Assembly: GCA_963825525.1 (NCBI GenBank)
Contig: CAWGTN010000002.1
Location: forward strand, 448,001-512,000
DNA length: 64,000 nt
Source: an uncultured Chloroflexia bacterium
Lineage (GTDB): Bacteria; Chloroflexota; Limnocylindria; QHBO01
Reading direction: 5' to 3'
Both the position numbers and the translations under genes were made by a program. Below are positions 41,468 to 49,248 of the stretch, one piece after another (positions within the stretch are counted from its first letter, which is position 1; each line of letters opens with the position of its first letter). Under the pieces are notes generated by a model. That model worked only from the letters and a program-made list of their open reading frames with translations. It had not been told where the DNA came from and did not search any database.

Positions 41468-41551
41468 CGCATTAGCGGGCTCCCGCGCACCGAGGTGGAC
41501 CGACGCGAGCGTGACCCTGGCCGCCGAACGTCGCTGAGAGCCGCTAATGCG
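41468..41551. repeat. Intergenic inverted repeat pair (REP-like)
   Basis: CGCATTAGCGG (41468-41478) and its reverse complement CCGCTAATGCG (41541-41551). Confidence 0.5.
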
Positions 41552-41568
41552 CGTCAGGCGCGCAGTTG

Positions 41569-42191
41569 TCAGGCGGAGCGGCCGCCCGAGCGACGCCCCG
41601 CGCGACGCTCCAGCTCGGCACCGACCAGCTGCGACCAGGTCTCGAGCCGATCCGGCTCCCGCATGACGTCCTCCAGATGTCGCGAACGAACCCGTCAGCT
41701 TCTCGTGCTCCCGCACGTCAACCGACCGACCGCCGGCGTCGACGACGAACACGACCCCAAGGTGCACCGAACCCACGGGATTCGTGTCGTCATTGAGCAG
41801 GCCGACAAGCTCGAAGCTCGGCTCCCAATCGGCTGCGAGCTCTTCCGCCCATTCGCGACGCATGCCGGCCATGAGCGGCATCGTCCCCATCGTCCACCGG
41901 ATTGAGGTGACCACCGACGCCGATGCTGGACTTGCCGTGCAGCCGCGCGTCGCCACCCGCATCGGTCCGGTGCATCAGGAACACGGACGATCCGTTGCGG
42001 ACCACGACGTATGGAATGAGCTGCTTGTGCGCCGGGTCCTCCTCGGCAGCCGCGCGGTCGAGGTACGTTCCGTGGTTGGCGACGGCAGCGCGCAGCCGCC
42101 CAAGCAGCCCTTCGTCGGCGCCACGGATTCCGTGGAAATCACAGCCGTCCGGTACGGCGGACCGGGGCAGCACCAGGACCTGTTCGGACAT
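41569..42191 (-). CDS. Predicted NUDIX-family phosphoesterase, frameshifted
   Basis: AEEDPAHKQLIPYVV, RLHGKSSIGVGGHLNPVD, then GMRREWAEEL, NDDTNPVGSVHLG in another frame; 3' end approximate. Confidence 0.8.
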
Positions 42192-42462
42192 CGATCGAGT
42201 CTATCCGGTCCTGCGTAAGGTGCCTCGCAAGGTCGTCGCCGTAGGCTGGTTTCCTCACAAGGTTGCACCGCTCCACACCGCACCGCCCATCGGCCGCGGA
42301 ACTGCGGTGCACACCGTCACCGATTGACCATGGATTCCGTGGTAAATGCATGGGTCAGGGTACTAAGGTACTGCCTCAACGCAGAGGGGAAGATCGAGCG
42401 CACCTCCAGGGACCATTGCCTGCACTGCCCGCCGGTACGACTGCCCATCGTGTGCCCACACC

Positions 42463-43095
42463 ATGTCGACAGCAGACGTAGACCCAACTCCACAGCCGGT
42501 CGTCCCGGCGAGTTCGACCCGCGGGCAGTCAGTCGTCGAGTTTGCGCTCGTCCTGCCGATGCTCCTGGTCCTGCTGCTCGGCGTCGCCGACTTCGGTCGG
42601 GTCTTTGCGGCCGGAATCACCGTCGAGGCCGCTGCGCGCAATGCGGCCGAGGCGGCGGCCCAAGAATATTTGTTGTTGAAGCGGGACACCACGCTGCCCC
42701 TTCCGGCGGCTGACTACCAGCGCATTCATGAGGTGGCGATCGAATCTGCTTGCGAGGAGGCTGCGACGCTCCCAAATCACTCTGGGGGCGGCCTGTGCAG
42801 CATGCCTATGGTCGCCGTCTGTGTTCATGATGACTTCGACCCCCACTGCGCGGCGGAGAGTGGGTTGGTCCCAGCCGGATGCACCAGCATCCTGTCGATG
42901 CCGTCCAATCCGGTGAATTCGGGACCCGACGGTGCGAATGGTGGGCGGCTGCCTCAGGTGGAGGTTCGAGTCTGCTATCGGTTTACGACGCTCATCTCTC
43001 TGACCGATCTTCGCCTCCCCTTCGGCTGGGGCCTGAGCTTGGGTGACGTCTGGCTGCAAAAGGACAGATGGTTCACCGTGGCGGACTACCGGTGA
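42463..43095 (+). CDS. tadE: TadE-like minor pilin
   Basis: Prepilin motif RG|QSVVEFALVLP, DFGR, AARNAA. Confidence 0.85.
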   Translation: MSTADVDPTPQPVVPASSTRGQSVVEFALVLPMLLVLLLGVADFGRVFAAGITVEAAARNAAEAAAQEYLLLKRDTTLPLPAADYQRIHEVAIESACEEAATLPNHSGGGLCSMPMVAVCVHDDFDPHCAAESGLVPAGCTSILSMPSNPVNSGPDGANGGRLPQVEVRVCYRFTTLISLTDLRLPFGWGLSLGDVWLQKDRWFTVADYR

Positions 43096-43799
43096 GGCGC
43101 CTACGTGGGAATGCTGCGAGGTCGCGAGGTCAGACCCTCGTCGAGATGGCCCTAGTTGCACCGCTGTTCTTCATGCTGGTCTTCGGAATCATCATTCTCG
43201 GTATCGGCGTCTTCTATCAGCAGCAAGTTACGAACGCGGCACGCGAGGCCGCGCGGTATGCGGCCATCACGAGCGCAACTGCCCAGTGTCCGACGGCGTC
43301 AACGCTCGACCCGCGATCGGGCGCTGCGGGCGCGTTCGTGCGCCGCGAGTACGTCGCCTGTGACCGACCGACCGAGGGCTGGCCGAAGATGACCGCCGCC
43401 GCCCGTGAGCTGTTGTTCGGAATCGACGGACCGCGGGTGCAGGTGCATGCTTGCTGGTCGGGATATCGCGACACCGCAAATCCGTCGATTTACGACGCAC
43501 CTCCCCCTGGGACCTATCAGATCGCTGGAACTCCGTACACGTACGCCACCACATTCCACCAATGCAGGATTGATGGAATCGATCCCACGACTGACCCGGA
43601 CTCGATACGGTGCGTGGCCGGTATGACAACGACGGATGAAGCGTCAAACATGTCGGAAAAGGAAGGCGTGATCGTAGCCAACCGGGTGACCGCCTATGCC
43701 TGTTACACATGGCGCCCACCCCTGGCTGGCTTCCTCCTCATCCCTCCGTCTGTGGTGCTTCGAGCGAGCATCACCGAACCGATTCAGAGGCAACACTGA
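43092..43799 (+). CDS. TadE/TadF-like minor pilin
   Basis: RG|QTLVEMALVAP, TNAAREAARYA; GTG start overlaps the upstream stop. Confidence 0.85.
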   Translation: MRRLRGNAARSRGQTLVEMALVAPLFFMLVFGIIILGIGVFYQQQVTNAAREAARYAAITSATAQCPTASTLDPRSGAAGAFVRREYVACDRPTEGWPKMTAAARELLFGIDGPRVQVHACWSGYRDTANPSIYDAPPPGTYQIAGTPYTYATTFHQCRIDGIDPTTDPDSIRCVAGMTTTDEASNMSEKEGVIVANRVTAYACYTWRPPLAGFLLIPPSVVLRASITEPIQRQH

Positions 43800-45337
43800 T
43801 GCGCTGTCGCTCGGAGCAAGGACAGATTCTCATTCTCACCGCGGCCGCGATGGTGGTTCTCATCGCGATAGCCGCGCTCGTCGTTGATGTTGGCTTTTCG
43901 TGGATGCTGCGGCGTCAAGAGCAGAACGCTGCCGACCCAGGAGCGATCGCTGCGGCTCGCTGGCTTCGGGATCCCGTGACTGGCAACGCGGTGAGTCCAT
44001 CTGCGGTTCAGGCGCAGATGGACGCGGAGGGTTGCTTCTATGCCCACAGCAATGGGTTTTTCGATGGCGACACGGACTGCGTCGCGGCGTTGGCAGCGGA
44101 TGATCTCCGCGTCGTTTCGCCGCCCGTCAGCGGTGACTACAGCGGCCGCGCGGGCTATGTGCAGGTCATCATCCGCGCCACACATCCTTCGTTTTTCGGC
44201 AGCTTCCTGGGAAGTTCAACAGCGACGGTGACGAGCGCAGCGGTCGCCGCAAATACCACGGCGAGCTCGAACTCGGCCTCACTGGTGGCTCTCCAAACGA
44301 CGTGCACTGGCGGGTCGTCCGCTAACGTCAATGGAGGCGGGACGGTGCGTATCTTTCCGGTGATCCCGGGAACAGACGGCGGTTACGTCCACGTGAACTC
44401 TCCGTGCGGAAATTCCGATGACCACATCTGCCAGAACGGCGTCGGTTCATCGGCTCTCTCGATCAGCGGCACCTTGCGCGCCCCCAAGGTCAATGTTGTC
44501 GGATCGTGCACCTACAACGGCGCTGGAGCTAGCGGACTGCAGTGCGAACCTGTGGGAACCACGGGGTGCCTGGACGAGACCGCGCTTCCTCTCGGCGATC
44601 CCCTCGCAAACCTTCCAGAGCCGCGCCTCGCGGACTTCCCGAACGGGACATGTCCGCGTGGCGACGCCTCGACACCGAGCTCCACTCAGCCATGCCCGCT
44701 GGATCGAACCGGCCCCAAGCAGTGCCCAACCACTCCCGTGTGTCGCCTGACGCCGGGCGTGTACTACGGCGGATGGAAGGTTGGATCCAATGTCTCCGTC
44801 CAGCTAGAACCCGGCATGTACATCTTGGCCGGGGGCGGTATCAGCCTCTCCGGCAGCTCGACCATCGAAGCGGTCACCAACCCGAGTGGCGTTGACGCTC
44901 GGGTGATGATCTTCTCCACGGATGGGCCGGGTTGCCCCAGCATCGCAGCACAATGTCAGGGCGCAATCACCTTCACGGCGAACCAAGCGTTCCGCGCGAA
45001 GGCGCTGAACGATGCGACGTGTGGAGCGGTGAGTCCGCAGGCCTGTCCTTGGCGCGGCATCCTCCTCTGGCAGGACGGCAGCGCGACGAACCCTACCGCG
45101 ACTGTGAAACTGGGCGGGCAAGCAAGCACTGTCTTAGCCGGAACGATCTATGCCCCGAAGGCTGATGTGCAGATTTCCGGCGGCACGAGCACCACTGGCT
45201 GCACTGGTTCGACGTTAGGTTGTCTCTCCATCCAGATCATCAGCTGGACCTGGAAGATCACGGGTGGCGGTACGGTTGAAATGCCGTACAACCCGACGGA
45301 GCTCTACCAGTTCCCCGAGCGTGGCCTCGTTGAGTAA
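43799..45337 (+). CDS. tadG: TadG-like pilus protein with a large Cys-rich extracellular domain
   Basis: G|QILILTAAAMVVLIAIAALVVDVG, QNAADPGAIAAA, PGVYYGG, GTIYAPKADV. Confidence 0.8.
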   Translation: MRCRSEQGQILILTAAAMVVLIAIAALVVDVGFSWMLRRQEQNAADPGAIAAARWLRDPVTGNAVSPSAVQAQMDAEGCFYAHSNGFFDGDTDCVAALAADDLRVVSPPVSGDYSGRAGYVQVIIRATHPSFFGSFLGSSTATVTSAAVAANTTASSNSASLVALQTTCTGGSSANVNGGGTVRIFPVIPGTDGGYVHVNSPCGNSDDHICQNGVGSSALSISGTLRAPKVNVVGSCTYNGAGASGLQCEPVGTTGCLDETALPLGDPLANLPEPRLADFPNGTCPRGDASTPSSTQPCPLDRTGPKQCPTTPVCRLTPGVYYGGWKVGSNVSVQLEPGMYILAGGGISLSGSSTIEAVTNPSGVDARVMIFSTDGPGCPSIAAQCQGAITFTANQAFRAKALNDATCGAVSPQACPWRGILLWQDGSATNPTATVKLGGQASTVLAGTIYAPKADVQISGGTSTTGCTGSTLGCLSIQIISWTWKITGGGTVEMPYNPTELYQFPERGLVE

Positions 45338-45339
45338 CC

Positions 45340-45870
45340 TCAATCGGGAGCCAGGGCACCCTCCGTGGCGAGCCTGAGTGCCAGGATCACCGCTTCGCGA
45401 GGATCGCGCGCACGGTGAACTCTCGGGCCGCCGAGCCGGTGCTCCGACTCGACGCGCCACGAGCTCAGGGTGACGACGTGGCGTCCCATCCGCAGAGCGA
45501 GTCCGATCTCAGATAGCGTCCCGTGCCGTCCGCCGACCGCGACAACGGCGTCGGCTGATGTGACGACGACAAGGTTGCGCATCACACCGAGCCCCGTCGC
45601 GATGGGGATGCTTACGTAGTCGTTCGCCTCTGCCGCATCGGCTCCGGGAAGAAAGCCGATCGTTCGACCCGCTCCGGCGCGCGCGCCTCGCGAGGCGGCC
45701 TCCATCACGCCACCAAGTCCGCCCGTGATTACCGTGGCACCGGCCCGCGCGAGCTCGAGGCCGATCTCCTCGGCCCAGTCGAGAATTCGGTGGGCATCCG
45801 GGCCGCGCGGTTCGCCGTCGCCGATGACCGCGATGTACGGCGGCCTGGGCTCGCGTCCCCGTTCAGCCAT
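45340..45870 (-). CDS. TIGR00725 / LOG-SLOG family protein
   Basis: IAVIGD, TGGLGGVMEAASRGA, ATGLG..RN, GGRHGTLSEI. Confidence 0.88.
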   Translation of the reverse strand: MAERGREPRPPYIAVIGDGEPRGPDAHRILDWAEEIGLELARAGATVITGGLGGVMEAASRGARAGAGRTIGFLPGADAAEANDYVSIPIATGLGVMRNLVVVTSADAVVAVGGRHGTLSEIGLALRMGRHVVTLSSWRVESEHRLGGPRVHRARDPREAVILALRLATEGALAPD

Positions 45871-46435
45871 CGGAAGACCCTCTCAGCGTGATGGAGGCCA
45901 GCGTCTCATAGGTGGCGCCCTGCCTGCCGAGATGGCTTCGCATGAGCAGCATCCGATCGACAGCCAGGGTCCCATCGGGCGCGCCACCATCGGAAATCCA
46001 GGCGCGGAGGTCCGCCGGCGCGCCGACGGCTCGAGCGAGCGTCAGGTGGGGATGAAAAGGTCGCGTCTCCCCCATCCCGAGCGCAGCGGCCACATCGCCG
46101 GCAAGTGCCGAAACTCGTCCCGCCGCACCATCCACTCCGTACCACGCAACCTTCGCCGATTGCGGCCGCGGAAACCCGCCCAGGCCGCCGGTCGGCAGCG
46201 ACATCGGCTCGTGGCGTGCCGCCACTCCAACCAGCGTGCGCTCGACCTCCGGAACTCGCGACGGCGACAGGTCGCCCAGGAAGGCGAGCGTCACGTGCCA
46301 TCCGCTCGACGTCGTCCAGCGCAAACCGGCCAGGTCGCGCCGCAACCGCCATCGCTCAACCGCCACCCCGAGCTCGCGCCTCAGATCGTCACCGATCGGG
46401 AGTGCCACGAAGCAGCGCCACCGCTCGTTGGTCAT
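45863..46435 (-). CDS. thpR: RNA 2',3'-cyclic phosphodiesterase (2H family)
   Basis: RCFVAL, WHVTLAFLG and FHPHLTLAR (two HxT motifs). Confidence 0.92.
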   Translation of the reverse strand: MTNERWRCFVALPIGDDLRRELGVAVERWRLRRDLAGLRWTTSSGWHVTLAFLGDLSPSRVPEVERTLVGVAARHEPMSLPTGGLGGFPRPQSAKVAWYGVDGAAGRVSALAGDVAAALGMGETRPFHPHLTLARAVGAPADLRAWISDGGAPDGTLAVDRMLLMRSHLGRQGATYETLASITLRGSSDG

Positions 46436-47160
46436 CTGGCCAGGCGCGCGTCCACCATCGGCAACAGCTCGTCGAGTCCTCGGATCACGGGAACGCCGTC
46501 TGGAATCTCATGCGCGCGATAGCGGCCCCCACGATCGATGAGGACGCCACGGATCCCGACGCTCGCCGCGCCCTCGACATCGGCATCCAGGTGGTCGCCG
46601 ACATGGATGACGGCACCTGCCTCGACGCCCGCCTGCTCGAGGGCCCACTCGAAGATCCTCGGGTGAGGCTTCTCGAAGCCAATGCGCGCGGACGCCGCGA
46701 TGAAGTCGAAATGCTCGACGATGTCCAGCGAATGCAGCAGCTCGGGCAGGTTCCAGACCCAGTTGCTCACCGCGCCGACCACCATGCCGCGCTCCTTCAG
46801 TCCGGCCAGCGTCGGCCACGCATCGGGAAAGATGTGCCAGTGGCTGGTCACCATGAACAGCTCACCGAGCCGGCGGAAGAAGGCATCCGGCATCGGATCG
46901 AGGCCCATATCGGCAACGGCGGCCGCATCGATCTGGACGGTTCGCCGGAAGCTCACCTCCTGCGAGGGCTCGAAGCCACCCTCCATGCCCCAGCCGCCAT
47001 GGTGATAGGCGCGGCGCAGGGCTCGATGGAGGTCGTCGATGTCGACCTCGACCCCGAATTCGCTGAACGCCAGCGCGTACACGTGCTCCCACGAGGGATT
47101 CGGGCGCATGACGGTGTCGCCGATGTCGAGGAAGACCGCGCGGAGTGGGGCTTCGCTCAT
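46432..47160 (-). CDS. HAD-superfamily hydrolase
   Basis: FLDIGDTV, VSNW, EKPHPRIF, HVGDHLDADVEGA. Confidence 0.9.
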   Translation of the reverse strand: MSEAPLRAVFLDIGDTVMRPNPSWEHVYALAFSEFGVEVDIDDLHRALRRAYHHGGWGMEGGFEPSQEVSFRRTVQIDAAAVADMGLDPMPDAFFRRLGELFMVTSHWHIFPDAWPTLAGLKERGMVVGAVSNWVWNLPELLHSLDIVEHFDFIAASARIGFEKPHPRIFEWALEQAGVEAGAVIHVGDHLDADVEGAASVGIRGVLIDRGGRYRAHEIPDGVPVIRGLDELLPMVDARLAR

Positions 47161-47219
47161 CGGCCCAGCGTAGCGCAGGGCACCGTCTCCCTGCGCTCGG
47201 GGGATGGGCGAGGCTTGCC

Positions 47220-47400
47220 CTCGATATATCGGAAGGATCTTCACAGGAACCGTCGGCTGCGTGTCGTTTTCCCGATATATCGAGCGCCACCACGCACGAG
47301 GGACACGCCGGGGCGCTGCTCATGCTGTGGGCCGCTCGAAATATCCCGACAACCGCACGCGCCATCGGCCTCGCGTGAAGAACGCGCGATCTATCGAGCG
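47220..47400. repeat. Four palindromic CTCGATATATCG-like units forming two inverted pairs
   Basis: ctcgatatatcggaa (47220), ttcccgatatatcgagcg (47269), cgctcgaaatatcccg (47333), cgcgatctatcgagcg (47385). Confidence 0.75.
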
Positions 47401-47478
47401 AAGAGCCTGCGGTCGCGAGCCGACCGACCGGCCACCACCCCTTCCGTGCGCGGGATGCCGGGCACTCGCCCGCCACGC

Positions 47479-47928
47479 TCAGGCGGCCGAGACACCCATG
47501 GTGCGCAGGATCGAGTAGATCTCGGTCCGGTAGCGAATGCCCGATGAATGACGCGAGAGCCACAGGACGTAGTCAGGGTCCTGTCGCGCGAGGTCCTGGA
47601 GGCTCCAGCCCGTGTAGCGCCCGAAGCTCAGGACGCTGCTCCCCTTGCTTGGAGCGGCCGGCGCCGATGCGGGCCGCGCAGCTGCCTGGACACTGACGCC
47701 GGCAACCGTCATGCGCCGGCTGCGATCGAAGGCGGCCCGGCCCGATGGATCGCGCAACATGGCGTACGCGCGGTTGAGCTCAGCCATCTTGTCGGCCGCT
47801 CGGCGAGATGCGTCACGATCCGGGTGGTACTTGAACGCGAGCGCCTTGTAGGCACCCTGGATCACCTCCTGCTCGGCGGTCGGCAGGATCTGGAGCATGG
47901 CGTACGGATCGAACGTCGGGCCGGGCAC
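47479..47928 (-). CDS. J-domain protein with a C-terminal FGRYxG...DPDYxxWL module
   Basis: DPYAMLQI, AYKALAFKYHPD, ELNRAYAMLRDP; C-terminal LSFGRYTGWSLQDLARQDPDYVLWL. Confidence 0.88.
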   Translation of the reverse strand: MPGPTFDPYAMLQILPTAEQEVIQGAYKALAFKYHPDRDASRRAADKMAELNRAYAMLRDPSGRAAFDRSRRMTVAGVSVQAAARPASAPAAPSKGSSVLSFGRYTGWSLQDLARQDPDYVLWLSRHSSGIRYRTEIYSILRTMGVSAA

Positions 47929-47938
47929 GGGTCGATCC

Positions 47939-49025
47939 TCAGTCGTTGTAGAGCCGCTCTTCGATCAGCTTCTCGGCCGTGATCCGTCCCGTCGGATCAA
48001 AGCAGCTGTATTCGAAGAGCTTCTCGTATTCGAGGTCGACGTTGTCCTGCCCGCCGCGATTCTTCTCGATCGAGGCGATGATCCAGTCGCGATAGCGCTG
48101 CGCCTGGTACGGGTTGAACTCGATGTTCACCTTCGCGACGATGTTGTACTTGTCGTTCAGGATCAGGATGATGTCGGACTCGTAGTTGATGGCCGATGAC
48201 CCGCGCAGGTGATGGTTTCGCAGCCGCTTGGCCTTGAGGCCCTCCCGGTCGGCGGCGACGATCGCCACGACCGGGATCGACTCGGCGAGCGCGATGTCCT
48301 TGAGGCCGGACACGATGCGGGTGACCTTCTCCTCCTCGGTCGTCGGCTCCGGGATGACCGGGACCTTCTGGAGGTAGTCGACGAAGAGCACCAGGCGACG
48401 CTCATCGTCGCTTCCACGGTGCTCTCGCACCAGGGCACGAAGGTTGTCGATGGTCGAGCACGGTGGCGGTGCCGCGCATGAGGTAGAGGTTCGAGCCGTA
48501 GCGTGCGATGCGCTCCAGCGAGGGCCGAAGGCGAGGATTGGCGCCGAGCTTCGCGCGGGTGCCGGTCTCGGCGGAGGTCGTGTACGAGCTGACGACCTCC
48601 TTCTTGACGTCCTGGATCTTGACTGCGCCGGTCTTCTTCGGGAGGTGGCTGAGTGCCGACTCCATGGCGACCATGCGCTGGATCAGGTACTCCTCGTCGT
48701 GCTCGAAGCAGACGTAGAGCACCGTGGCCTGGCCGGACGCCGCCATGTTGCGAGCCATCTGGAGCGCCATGGTGGTCTTGCCCTGTCCCTGGGCGCCGCC
48801 GATGAGCATGAGCTCGCCCGGTCGCAGGCCACCGCCGATGGTCTTGTCCATGGGCACGAAGCCGGTGGCGATCGGCACGAGGTCGTCGATGCTGCCGGAT
48901 GCGACGCGCTCGTTCAGGCTGGTCAGCACGTCGAGCGCCGAACGCGGCGCCAGGGTGCCGTCTCCGGCATCGAGCTTCCAGTCCGACTCGGACTTCTTGG
49001 GCTGGGCGACGGGCTCGTCGATCAT
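47939..49025 (-). CDS. Stand-alone DnaB C-terminal-like (RecA-fold) ATPase, frameshifted near 48455
   Basis: IATGF..MD..IGGGLRPGEL, Walker A GAQGQGKT, LYVCFE, VDYLQ, LKDIA, LRGSSAINYESD, EKNRGG. Confidence 0.8.
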
Positions 49026-49188
49026 CAGGTGGCTGGCTCCAGATTCGAGGTCGTGAAGTGCGCGGTCACGTGCGCGATGGGGCAGGTGCCTGAACGCAAC
49101 ACGCCAGCGAGTATACGGCCCACCTCCTAGTGCACCAATGACCCGATTGGACTATGCCGGGAGCACAACGGTGCTGGGCCGGAATGCG

Positions 49189-49215
49189 TGAGGCCCGCCT
49201 CGTGGGCGGGCCTCA
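49189..49215 (-). terminator. Hairpin downstream of ftsH
   Basis: TGAGGCCCGCC...GGCGGGCCTCA 11-bp inverted repeat about 35 nt past the ftsH stop. Confidence 0.65.
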
Positions 49216-49248
49216 GGTCAGGTGATGCCGATGTGCGGCCGGTGTCGC

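Noticed and set aside
47939-49025. Replicative dnaB or a nearby oriC
   Set aside because: Lacks the N-terminal domain; no DnaA-box cluster or AT-rich unwinding element seen
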